The notes under the pieces: model-generated
What the model was told of the DNA's origin: nothing
Seen by the model: only the letters and a program-made list of their open reading frames with translations
Databases searched by the model: none
Position numbers and translations under genes: made by a program
Virus record (IMG/VR): IMGVR_UViG_3300045974_000359
Location: 1-59,321 of that record
Reading direction: 5' to 3' (one strand)
DNA from: a virus
Lineage: Duplodnaviria; Caudoviricetes
Length of the DNA: 59,321 bases
Shown here: piece by piece, positions 49,855 to 59,315 of the stretch
Layout: each line of letters begins with the position of its first letter
Position numbering within the stretch: the first letter of the stretch is position 1

Positions 49855-52128
49855 ATGAGCGACTTGAATAACAAGTTAATGAAATCACTTAATGAAGTCG
49901 CAAAGGCAGTAGCTGATGGAACATTAAGTGATTCCTCATTAATAAAAGCAAATCAAATTTTTAAATGGAGAACGAGTTTTGAGCCAGATAATAAATACAA
50001 TATAATTAAGGCAAAAACCTTTAATAATTTTAAAAATGGTATAGATAACTCTCAATCTTTAATTAAAGCCTTAATAGTAGGTGAAACAAAGGTTGTAGAT
50101 GGCGTTACTTATGTAGTTAAACAGATAGGTAAATCAGGAAAGTTAGATTGGCGTGTTGCTAATAAACAATCTAAAGCAAACAATCAAAATCAAAAAGTTA
50201 ATTTAGATACTTTATTTGATACTCAAGATTTTCCTACAAAAACAAGTGATTTGAAATTCAAGTCAGCACTTGGAGGTTCAACAGGTGCTCAATTAATGGA
50301 AGATGCTCAAGGAACTCTTTTTGTTTTAAAGAAAGGTGCTTCAAAATCTCACGTTGAAGAGGAATTTCTTACAAACTGTATTTACAAATTAATGAACGTA
50401 CAAGTTCCAATTGTAAAACTATATGAAGAGAATGGAGTTACATCAATGGTTTCTAAATTCATTCCAGATACAACTCCAATAAATAACGTTTTAGATGAAC
50501 AATATATAGATGACATGACTGAACATTATGTTTTAGATTGTCTTCTTGCTAATTGGGATATTTACAAAAACGATAATATTTTAGTAAATAACGATAATGA
50601 TGATATTATCAGAGTTGATAATGGAGGTGGTTTAAGATATTCTGCTCAAGGTAGAGATAAAGGTGCTCATTTTACTGATGATGTAGATGAGATTGAAACT
50701 ATGTTAGTAAATAATCCTAATTTAGCATCAGGTGTAACTACTAAAAAAATCAACAATCAAATAAAATCAATTGTAAAAAATAAGAATAAAATTTTAAGTC
50801 TTATTGATGATGTTGCTTTGAAACATAAAATGTCTATGAGAATAGCGAGTTTAGATATGCGTTTACAAAATGCAAATTTACCACTTGACCCTTATAGAGA
50901 TTTAACAGACAAAGAATTAGAAAAAGCAATGAAAGTTTGTAAAGATGACTTATTTGCTACAAACGATGTTGAGGGTTGGATTTTCCTATCTCAAATTGCT
51001 AAAATGAGAGGTTTTGACGGAACACCTACAATCGTTGATTCTAAAGATTTTGATAAACTTTTAAAAGATAAAGACACTGTTCATATAAATAGAGGTTTAA
51101 CTGCTTACAATAATAAAACAGCAAAAGCGTTAATGAACGACTTTGTTGAATCAGAGCATTGTTTTTATGGTAAACAGGCTATGTATGGAGCAGGAATTTA
51201 TGGAGCAGTAAATTCTAAAAAGAAAAATGGTAAAGGTAATGAAGATTGGGAATTAGTACATAGTAATTATGCTGGGTATGACGAAAATCATATTTTAGAT
51301 ATAATCTTACCATCTGATATGAAAATTGCGGATGGTGATGAGTTAGATAAAATGATGATGGAAGAATTTTTTGGTGATGAATTTAAAGAAGCCAAAAAAG
51401 AATATGATGAAGCTGTAGAAAACATAAATAGATTAAAACTTGAAAAACAAGGACTTGAAAAAGAAATTGAAGATGGAGTTAAAAAGGATTTAGGTTGGGA
51501 TGAAAAAACTTATCAAATTCTACAGAAATCAAGACCTGAGGAAGTCTATGCCGATACTACTAAATTCAAGTTTGAAAAGATTTTAAGATATTTTTCACCA
51601 ATTCTAAAGAACATTAATGGTAACATTAATAAGATTGATGATTTGAATTATGAGATACAGTTACCGAACAGTTCAGACACCTTTATTTTAAATAGAAATG
51701 CTGTTGAAAGTAAAGATGCTTTAAAGAAAAAAGGAGATGGTTACAAGGCTTATAACTATCAATATAAATTAATGAAAGAGTATATTATGAAAGAACATTT
51801 TCATAATATCGTAAAAAAGGTTCATGAAAAAATATCTTTTGAGCATAAAAATAATGACGACTTAAAACAAATTAAAGTTGATATATCAGACTCAGAAAAA
51901 GCAATCAAAGCGTTATCAGACAATATTGATAAATTAAAAACTACAGGTTCAAATACAATGAATTCAGTAATGGCTAAAATTGCTCAAAGACCTGGTGGAG
52001 AGTTTAGAGGTTTTTATGCCGCAATAAAAGGATATGATGCAATTATTCAGAAAAAAGGTTGGGGTGGAAATACTGACTTTTGCGTTATACTAAATAGAAG
52101 TAAAGTAATTGTAAAAGATTTTAAATAA
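49855..52128 (+). CDS. Putative injected polyvalent protein: HipA/PI3K-like kinase plus ADP-ribosyltransferase-like domain
   Basis: LGGSTGA..K..E, LLANWD...DN, RVDNGG; C-terminal RGL...YGAGIYGA...GYDAI...VILNR. Confidence 0.65.
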   Translation: MSDLNNKLMKSLNEVAKAVADGTLSDSSLIKANQIFKWRTSFEPDNKYNIIKAKTFNNFKNGIDNSQSLIKALIVGETKVVDGVTYVVKQIGKSGKLDWRVANKQSKANNQNQKVNLDTLFDTQDFPTKTSDLKFKSALGGSTGAQLMEDAQGTLFVLKKGASKSHVEEEFLTNCIYKLMNVQVPIVKLYEENGVTSMVSKFIPDTTPINNVLDEQYIDDMTEHYVLDCLLANWDIYKNDNILVNNDNDDIIRVDNGGGLRYSAQGRDKGAHFTDDVDEIETMLVNNPNLASGVTTKKINNQIKSIVKNKNKILSLIDDVALKHKMSMRIASLDMRLQNANLPLDPYRDLTDKELEKAMKVCKDDLFATNDVEGWIFLSQIAKMRGFDGTPTIVDSKDFDKLLKDKDTVHINRGLTAYNNKTAKALMNDFVESEHCFYGKQAMYGAGIYGAVNSKKKNGKGNEDWELVHSNYAGYDENHILDIILPSDMKIADGDELDKMMMEEFFGDEFKEAKKEYDEAVENINRLKLEKQGLEKEIEDGVKKDLGWDEKTYQILQKSRPEEVYADTTKFKFEKILRYFSPILKNINGNINKIDDLNYEIQLPNSSDTFILNRNAVESKDALKKKGDGYKAYNYQYKLMKEYIMKEHFHNIVKKVHEKISFEHKNNDDLKQIKVDISDSEKAIKALSDNIDKLKTTGSNTMNSVMAKIAQRPGGEFRGFYAAIKGYDAIIQKKGWGGNTDFCVILNRSKVIVKDFK

Positions 52129-52129
52129 A

Positions 52130-52540
52130 ATGAATACAAACTATATAATTTTCGACACGTTGACATCAAAAGATGAGCAAATAAAAAATTTAGAAGTATT
52201 ATTTAACCGAGTTAGTAATATAACGAAAATATTGTTTGACAATAAACCTACATTAATTCCTTTTAATTATAAATTTCCAATTTTAAATATAAATGAACAA
52301 AATGTATTTTTAAAAGAATGTCAAAAACATAATTTGTTTGATGATTTACCTAAACATTATCAAGAGAAAGTTTTTTTATCTGAAAAGGTGAATTTCTATA
52401 ATTTAAAGTTTTTAAGTTTTCTTGAAGATAAAAAAATGACTGAAAAAGAGTTTGACCAAAAAAATCCTAAAACCAAAATGGATATTTTTTACGACTTTCT
52501 TTTTTCAAATCATATGGACATTGGAATGTTAGATTTATAA
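52130..52540 (+). CDS. Hypothetical protein (possible inhibitor or partner of the upstream effector)
   Basis: Starts immediately after the effector stop codon. Confidence 0.45.
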   Translation: MNTNYIIFDTLTSKDEQIKNLEVLFNRVSNITKILFDNKPTLIPFNYKFPILNINEQNVFLKECQKHNLFDDLPKHYQEKVFLSEKVNFYNLKFLSFLEDKKMTEKEFDQKNPKTKMDIFYDFLFSNHMDIGMLDL

Positions 52541-52574
52541 TACAAGTATTAATTGATAAATTAATTAGATAATC

Positions 52575-54152
52575 ATGTCAAATAAGTTTAAATTTTATAC
52601 ACCTGTAGAGATTAAGAAGTCCAAAGATGATAAAGGTAAAGATATCATGAAAATTGGAGGTATTGCTTCTACAAAAGATGAAGATAGTGATGGAGAATTT
52701 CTTGACCCTAATGGATTCATTTTAGATGACTTTTTAAAAGTAGGTTTTGTTAATTGGCATCATCAAGCTAAAAATAAACCTAAAACAATCGTTGGTGAAC
52801 CGTCATTAGCAGAAATAAGACCAGATGGACTTTATGTAGAATGTGATTTATATCCATCTTCAGAAATAGCAAAAGAAATATATGAAACTGCTCAAATTCT
52901 TGAAAAAGATAGTAAGACACGCAGATTAGGATTTTCTATTGAGGGTGAAGTTATAGAAAGAGGTTCAGAAGATGAAACTCACCCAGATTTTTTGATTGTT
53001 AAGAAAGCAAATATAACTGGGCTTGCTATTACTCATATGCCTAAAAATGCCGCTACTTTTGCTCAAATAATAAAAGGATTTACAGGAGATGAAGGTGTAA
53101 CTGATACTTCTGATTCAAATGTAGATGATGATAGTTCATTAAATACTAAAAATGGCAAAGCAATTATAAAAGAATCATTGAACAAAAAAATAAAAAAATT
53201 AGTGCCCGATGTTAATTCTGTAGAGAAATCTAAATTTGAAATAATTAATTTAGGTGAGGAAAAGATGTATGATAAAATTTTTGATACATTTACAGATATT
53301 AATATTGAAAAGGCTGAAAAAGTTTTTACATTGTTAACAAAAATTAGTCAAGATATGAAAAAAGGTAAAATAAATGATGATAAGCTGGAAAAAGCAATGA
53401 GTGCTTTAGGTTTAGAAGTCAATGAAGCAAACCCATTCCTTTCAAAAGCAAAATCTGAAGAAACCGATGAGGAAGATGATTCAGACGATGCTGACGAGAA
53501 AGTAAAAGCAGCTGCTAAAAAAATAGCAGACAAAGTTCAAAAAGAGGAATTTGGAACCAAAGTTGAAAAAGCTGAGGGTGACGAAGATGAAGAGGATGAT
53601 GAAGATGATAAAGATGATTTGAAAAAATCTAAAGAGTCATCTAATTTATCTGGAAATCAAAAAGGCTTATTTTTGTTATTCTCTAAAGAAATACAAAAAG
53701 CAAAATCTCAAAACACTGTTGAGAACAGAGCATTGGGAGTTTTAGTTAAAGGTATTCTTGATGAAAATCAACTTTTAAAAGGTCATATTGAAAAACAAAA
53801 TGACATGTTCTCATCTCAAGTTAATTTGATTGAAAGTCAAACGGAACTTATCAAAGGATTAGTAGAAAAGATTGAATCATTCGGAGCAGTTCCAGATGCA
53901 AGAAAATCTATTACTAAAGGATATGCTGAGAAATTCGCTCCAGAGAATAGAGAGATTGAAAAAGGTGCTAATGTTTTAAGTATTTCTAAAAACAGAACTC
54001 AAATTTTAGAAATTCTTGATGCAAAGACTTTCGCAAAAGGTTTTGACGATAGTTTAAGTAAAGCATGTACAACCTTTGAATCTACAGGAAAATTACCTGC
54101 TGATATCCTAAACAGATTGAAAGTAGAAAACGGAATTACAATCACTGAATAA
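52575..54152 (+). CDS. Prohead protease with scaffold-like C-terminal region
   Basis: IGGIAST..EDSDGE, NWHH, LGFSIEG, AIT..P.N; acidic, helical C-terminal half. Confidence 0.88.
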   Translation: MSNKFKFYTPVEIKKSKDDKGKDIMKIGGIASTKDEDSDGEFLDPNGFILDDFLKVGFVNWHHQAKNKPKTIVGEPSLAEIRPDGLYVECDLYPSSEIAKEIYETAQILEKDSKTRRLGFSIEGEVIERGSEDETHPDFLIVKKANITGLAITHMPKNAATFAQIIKGFTGDEGVTDTSDSNVDDDSSLNTKNGKAIIKESLNKKIKKLVPDVNSVEKSKFEIINLGEEKMYDKIFDTFTDINIEKAEKVFTLLTKISQDMKKGKINDDKLEKAMSALGLEVNEANPFLSKAKSEETDEEDDSDDADEKVKAAAKKIADKVQKEEFGTKVEKAEGDEDEEDDEDDKDDLKKSKESSNLSGNQKGLFLLFSKEIQKAKSQNTVENRALGVLVKGILDENQLLKGHIEKQNDMFSSQVNLIESQTELIKGLVEKIESFGAVPDARKSITKGYAEKFAPENREIEKGANVLSISKNRTQILEILDAKTFAKGFDDSLSKACTTFESTGKLPADILNRLKVENGITITE

Positions 54153-54174
54153 TTAATAAATTAAATAATTGAAT

Positions 54175-55662
54175 ATGAATCCAGGACTAAATTTGCAAGA
54201 TTATGCAAAAGCAGCTGCTAACAATCCGTCAGCTGTCTTTGGTGGTTCTTCAATGGAAGAACTTAACCAATTACAAAAAGCATTGGAGGCAGGCTCGATA
54301 ACTGGCCGTGAAACAACGGACATGACATCTGCGTCTGGTGCTCCATTAAAGGTTGAATCTTTAGACAAAAATCTAAAGCACTTAACTTTTAAAGAAACAG
54401 ATATTCAACTTTGGAAGATGTTGCCTAAAAAAGCTGCTTACAACACTGTTGAAGAATACAACCAATTAGTTGACTATGGTCAATCAAGAGGAGGTTTTTA
54501 CAATGAGGGTGAATTACCATCAGAAGAAGAATCAATGTATGTTCGTAAAGCACAGTTAGTTAAATTTATGGGAGTTGTGAAATCAGTTTCTCACCCTATG
54601 ACTTTAGTAAACACTAACGTTGGTAACATTATTGAAAGAGAAATCAAAAACGGTACTCTTTGGATTTTGAGACAATTAAATAAATCATTATATTTTGGAG
54701 ATGAATCTTTGGTTCCTCAAGAATTTAATGGATATTTAGCTCAACATCAAAAAGATAGTGGGTATGCCGATTTAGATGCGTATTTCGACTCAGATGTTGT
54801 AATCGACTTGAGAGGTAACTCTTTACAAGAAAAAGATATTGAGGGTGCTGCTAATGGTATCGTTCAAAACTTTGGTTTAGGTAACCAATTATTTGCTCCG
54901 CCATCTGTATTATCAAAATTCGTTACTAACTTTTATGGTAACAAATTTATCCAACCAAATACTTCAGCATTAAGCGATGGAGTTATGGGTCAAAGAGTAA
55001 AATCTTTTGAATCTCAATTTGGTAATATCGGATTGAATTGGGATATTTTCTTTAACAAGAAAGCACCAAGAAGATATAATGCGGGTAATACTTCACCAAT
55101 GGCTCCAAACGTTCCTACTGCTTTAACAGTTACACCTGTTGCCGTAGATGGTTCATCAGCTTGGGCTGTTTCTGATTCAGGAAACTATATATATGCCGTT
55201 GCGGCTGTAAATAGATATGGAGAGTCAAGTTTAGTATATACTGCTACACCTGCTACAATCGTTGCTGGAGGTGCCGTAAATATCGACTTTACAGATGGAG
55301 CAGGATTGAATCCAGCATCTTCTTACACTATTTATAGAAGTAATAAAGGTGCTACTGCTGCTAATGCTGCTGGTGTAATGTTTTATCCTTTATTTACTGT
55401 TTCTAAACAAGAGCAAATCAATGGATTTGACGGTGGAGCAAACGGTGTTGTAAGAGATAGAAACAGATGGATGCCTAATACAGACCAAGCAATCTTATTC
55501 CAAATGGATAACGAGGTTATTGAGTTTGCACAATTAGCACCTCTTATGAAGATGGATTTAGCCTTGCTTGCTCCAGCTTACAGATTTATGATTCTATTGT
55601 ACGGAACTCCATTCTTGTACGCTCCAAAGAAAATGGTTAGAATTGTGAATATTGGCGCATAA
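54175..55662 (+). CDS. Major capsid protein (SPO1/Twort-like)
   Basis: LQKAL.AG, APLKVESLD, TVEEY, EFNG, inserted FN3-like YAVAAVNRYGES domain, L.PLMKMDLA, LYGT. Confidence 0.93.
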   Translation: MNPGLNLQDYAKAAANNPSAVFGGSSMEELNQLQKALEAGSITGRETTDMTSASGAPLKVESLDKNLKHLTFKETDIQLWKMLPKKAAYNTVEEYNQLVDYGQSRGGFYNEGELPSEEESMYVRKAQLVKFMGVVKSVSHPMTLVNTNVGNIIEREIKNGTLWILRQLNKSLYFGDESLVPQEFNGYLAQHQKDSGYADLDAYFDSDVVIDLRGNSLQEKDIEGAANGIVQNFGLGNQLFAPPSVLSKFVTNFYGNKFIQPNTSALSDGVMGQRVKSFESQFGNIGLNWDIFFNKKAPRRYNAGNTSPMAPNVPTALTVTPVAVDGSSAWAVSDSGNYIYAVAAVNRYGESSLVYTATPATIVAGGAVNIDFTDGAGLNPASSYTIYRSNKGATAANAAGVMFYPLFTVSKQEQINGFDGGANGVVRDRNRWMPNTDQAILFQMDNEVIEFAQLAPLMKMDLALLAPAYRFMILLYGTPFLYAPKKMVRIVNIGA

Positions 55663-55687
55663 TAATTAATTTTTGAATTACAAAAGG

Positions 55688-55725
55688 AGTGGTTGGAGGT
55701 GTAAATTTTCAACCACTTTTTATTT
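55688..55725 (+). terminator. Terminator after the major capsid gene
   Basis: agtggttgga/ttcaaccact stem plus T-tract. Confidence 0.75.
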
Positions 55726-55749
55726 TATTAATATTTTAAATTTAAAACA

Positions 55750-56274
55750 ATGGACAAAAAGATTAAAATTAAAGCGAACGCAAGTTCACTATTCGGTCAA
55801 CAAGTTAATTTACCAATTGACGGACATGTTGAAATCGGTAAAGATGGTATTTTAGAAGTTTCTCAAGAATGTGCTACATTACTTGTAGAAAAAACTGACC
55901 AATATTCTTTAGTTGAAGAGAAAGTAAAATCTGACTCTAAACCAGCTAAAGAAGTAAAGGATGATAAAAAGGCTACTACTGCAAAAAAGGATGCTAAAAC
56001 TACTGAAAAAGTGGGTGAGCAAACAACTGAAGATGATTCTGAAGATGATGAAACTGAGGATGAAGCAGAAGATGATATTGAAGATGACGCTACTTCAGAA
56101 GATGAAGAAGATGTTGAAGATGAGATTTCATTTACTAAAGAAAGTTTAGGAGAGTTGGAAATCAATGATTTGATTGAAATCTTAAAAGATGCTCAAATTG
56201 ATGAAGATAAATATAAAAAGTTTATCGACAAAAAAGGTTTGTTAATTAATTTCATTTTGAAAACTATTAAGTAA
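55750..56274 (+). CDS. Acidic hypothetical protein after the capsid gene
   Basis: D/E-rich linker with a small helical C-terminal domain. Confidence 0.6.
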   Translation: MDKKIKIKANASSLFGQQVNLPIDGHVEIGKDGILEVSQECATLLVEKTDQYSLVEEKVKSDSKPAKEVKDDKKATTAKKDAKTTEKVGEQTTEDDSEDDETEDEAEDDIEDDATSEDEEDVEDEISFTKESLGELEINDLIEILKDAQIDEDKYKKFIDKKGLLINFILKTIK

Positions 56275-57071
56275 TGCCTAAATTGACTTTAAATATAGAA
56301 TTTAGTAAAAATGACGGACTTGTAATGAGTCCGTCAAACTTACAGAATTTATATTTGGCAGGTATTCCACTATGTTATCCTAATGGTGGAAGAGTAAGTC
56401 AAGAATTAATAAAACAAAAATTATTATCTGCTCAGAAGTTTTTAGAAAATTATTTATCTATAAAATTTCAAAAGCAAATCATAACTGAAGAACAGGATTT
56501 CAATAAGCAGGAATTTACATCTTGGGGATATATCAGAACTGTTTTTCCTATAAATGTAGCAAAAAAATTAGAGGGTAGAATAAATAATATCACTCAAATA
56601 ACATATCCTGAATCTTGGTTAAGTGTTAAAGATAGTAATGATTCAACACGATTCAGAAACTTACATATAATTCCAAATACACAAGGAAGTACGGAACAAA
56701 ATCAGTATTCAGTTGTTTATTCTGGAATTGCTCCAACGATTGGTTATTTTGGAAGTAATAATATACCTAACTATTGGAGAGTGACCTATTGTACAGGTTG
56801 GGATGCCGATGATTTACCTTATGATTTATTAGATGCTGTTGGAAAGATAGCGGCAATACAAGTTTTAGCGATTACAGGTGACTTAATCTTTGGAGCTGGT
56901 GTTGGAAATCAAAGTATTTCTATTGACGGAATATCTCAAACATATTCTACAACTAAAGGCGGTGGTAAAGGTGCTTTTGCTGGTAGAATAGACCAATACA
57001 AGAATGAATTAGAACAATCTTTAAAAGATTTAAAATCAGAATATCTTGGAATAATGTTTAGAGCATTTTAA
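56274..57071 (+). CDS. Head-tail adaptor (neck) protein
   Basis: Position after MCP; YCTG...P.DL..AVGK.AA, SISIDGISQT. Confidence 0.7.
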   Translation: MPKLTLNIEFSKNDGLVMSPSNLQNLYLAGIPLCYPNGGRVSQELIKQKLLSAQKFLENYLSIKFQKQIITEEQDFNKQEFTSWGYIRTVFPINVAKKLEGRINNITQITYPESWLSVKDSNDSTRFRNLHIIPNTQGSTEQNQYSVVYSGIAPTIGYFGSNNIPNYWRVTYCTGWDADDLPYDLLDAVGKIAAIQVLAITGDLIFGAGVGNQSISIDGISQTYSTTKGGGKGAFAGRIDQYKNELEQSLKDLKSEYLGIMFRAF

Positions 57072-57072
57072 A

Positions 57073-57855
57073 ATGGGTGACAACTTTCAAAAAAGAGCAA
57101 CGGCAACTGTAACTCCAGCAGAGTCAGTAGAACATCAAGTAAGATTTGAAACCCAAAGATTCAATTCTTTAGTTTTTGATAAAGGATATGAAGTTTGGAT
57201 TGACAAAGCATATAGATGTCCATGTTCAGTAAAGTCAGCTGGACAACCTTTAATTTCTTGTAATAATTGTTTAGGAGTAGGTTGGATTTTTACAGATAGG
57301 GCAGAAACAAGAGTTGCTATACAAGGAATAAAAGCAGATGTTAAATATGAAAATTGGTCAAAAACAACTTCTGGTACAGCAAGAATAACCGCAAGAGCAA
57401 TTGACAAATTAGCATTCATGGATAGAATAATCCTAAAAGATGTTGAGGGTTACTATAATGAAATAATAAGAACACGACAAGTTGCTAATAAAAAAGTTGC
57501 TTATGCTGAATATCCGATAATAAGTGTTGAAGAAATTTTCCTTTTTGAATCAGATAAAACGCCATTAAAAAAATTAGTTGATGGTACGGATTACATAATT
57601 GAAAATGAATCTAAAATTGTTTTTGACTCATCTATTTCTACAAAACCTGAATTAACTCTTTCAATTAGATATAGACATTATATGACTTATCATGTAATTG
57701 ATATGAATAGAGATATAACAAAGGTTAGAGAAAAAGGATGTATGATGAGTGACGAACAATTAAAAGAAATGCCTATAAATGGTTTGATTAGAAAAGCACA
57801 TTATCTATTTGATAATATGAAGTATGAAGCAGAAAGCAGATTAATCGAAAATTAA
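57073..57855 (+). CDS. Neck/head-closure protein
   Basis: CPC......C..C.G.G motif typical of Herelle-like neck genes. Confidence 0.7.
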   Translation: MGDNFQKRATATVTPAESVEHQVRFETQRFNSLVFDKGYEVWIDKAYRCPCSVKSAGQPLISCNNCLGVGWIFTDRAETRVAIQGIKADVKYENWSKTTSGTARITARAIDKLAFMDRIILKDVEGYYNEIIRTRQVANKKVAYAEYPIISVEEIFLFESDKTPLKKLVDGTDYIIENESKIVFDSSISTKPELTLSIRYRHYMTYHVIDMNRDITKVREKGCMMSDEQLKEMPINGLIRKAHYLFDNMKYEAESRLIEN

Positions 57856-57856
57856 A

Positions 57857-58651
57857 ATGACTATTGATTTAAACATAGATGACTTAATTCAGGAATTTAA
57901 CTTTCCAAAGAATACAGCTGATTTTATAGTTTCAGATACAGTTGAAAGAATAACTGACGAAATATTTAGAAACTGGCAGCTACAAGCAACTAATGCCCTT
58001 AAATCAACACGTAATGAATATATTAATAATCTTCAAATTATTGATAACTCAGCTTTTTCAAAAACAATCATATTAACAGGTAAATTACCAAATATGTTAG
58101 AAAGTGGAATTTCTGCTTTTGATATGAAAGAGGGTTTTAGAAAATCAGCAAAAGTAAAATATTCATATAAAACGGATAAAAATGGTAATGTAACTGCTCA
58201 TTGGTATTTAACAATTCCTTTTAGAATAGGAACACCTGGCATAGTTGGAGAAAATTCTGCCTTTTCAAATATAATGCCTCAAGAAGTTTATAATGTCATG
58301 AAAGGTAGAATGTCTGATTCAGGTTTAAAAAAATCTGAAATACCATTCCCTCATAATATACCAAGTTCCAGAAGAGAAATAATTTTACCAAGCAGAGTAA
58401 TTCCAGAATATAAGCATAAGTCAAGCATTTATCAAGGAATGGTTAAAAAGACAGCTGCTTATGGAAATACTACTCAAAATACATATATGACTTTCAGAAG
58501 AGTTAGTGAAAATTCTGACCCAAACTCTTGGATTCATAAAGGTATTCAAGCATACAATTTAATGAAAAAGGCTGTACAAGAAACAGATGTTTCAACTTTG
58601 GCTGAGAATAATGTAGATATAATTTTATCAAATTTAGGATATGGCAAATAA
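57857..58651 (+). CDS. Neck/tail completion protein
   Basis: FDMK, YLTIPFR, Y.TFRRVS.NSDP.SW.H. Confidence 0.65.
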   Translation: MTIDLNIDDLIQEFNFPKNTADFIVSDTVERITDEIFRNWQLQATNALKSTRNEYINNLQIIDNSAFSKTIILTGKLPNMLESGISAFDMKEGFRKSAKVKYSYKTDKNGNVTAHWYLTIPFRIGTPGIVGENSAFSNIMPQEVYNVMKGRMSDSGLKKSEIPFPHNIPSSRREIILPSRVIPEYKHKSSIYQGMVKKTAAYGNTTQNTYMTFRRVSENSDPNSWIHKGIQAYNLMKKAVQETDVSTLAENNVDIILSNLGYGK

Positions 58652-59315
58652 TCAACCTGGCATAATAATGCCTGAAATAATAATCTATAAAAGTCTTGTT
58701 GCTATTTTTAATATAGTTAAGCAAGACTTTTTAGAATCAACCGATGAAGAACAAAGTATGTTGTTTAATTTTTTCGGTAAAGATGAAAATGGAGATTTTT
58801 TAAATTTTGAACAATTCAACTATTTTGAACAAGCAAAAGAAACATTTATTCAGAAATCACCGCAAGTAAATTTAGGATATAATCTTGAGGTTGCTTCAAT
58901 GGGAAGTATTCATATATTATTGCCTGGTGAGAATGGACAACCATTAACGATAGGTGCTGATGAGAATTATCAACCCTACATTCAAAATCAAACTGAATTT
59001 AAAGCAACATTTTCTCAAAGATTTGACTCAACTTATAATATACTGATAACTTCAGAGAATACTTTTGAAGTTATATTGATTTATAATTTATTGAAATCAT
59101 CTATATTAGCACTAAACTATCATTTTGAATTAGCAGGTTTAAGACTACCTAAAACAAGCGGTCAAGACCTAAATGTTCAATCTGATTTAGTACCTACTCA
59201 TATATTTCATAGAAGTCTAATGTTAAACTTTTTTTATGAATTGAATGTATCTGATTTTTTCTATAAAAAATTAATCAAAAATTTTAAGATTACAGGAATA
59301 GCAGAAAATGAATAA
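58641..59315 (+). CDS. Putative tail terminator/completion protein
   Basis: Synteny after the neck genes; the next ORF starts at 59308 and runs off the window. Confidence 0.5.
   Translation: MANNQPGIIMPEIIIYKSLVAIFNIVKQDFLESTDEEQSMLFNFFGKDENGDFLNFEQFNYFEQAKETFIQKSPQVNLGYNLEVASMGSIHILLPGENGQPLTIGADENYQPYIQNQTEFKATFSQRFDSTYNILITSENTFEVILIYNLLKSSILALNYHFELAGLRLPKTSGQDLNVQSDLVPTHIFHRSLMLNFFYELNVSDFFYKKLIKNFKITGIAENE

Noticed and set aside
27503-55662. Introns, inteins or homing endonucleases in terL, portal or capsid genes
   Set aside because: These ORFs are continuous, of normal length, and show no splicing or HNH/LAGLIDADG motifs.
3195-58724. All minus-strand ORFs in the track, and nested + ORFs such as 24988, 55673 and 55961
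   Set aside because: They are shadows of well-supported + strand genes, terminators or RNA elements, with low-complexity translations.
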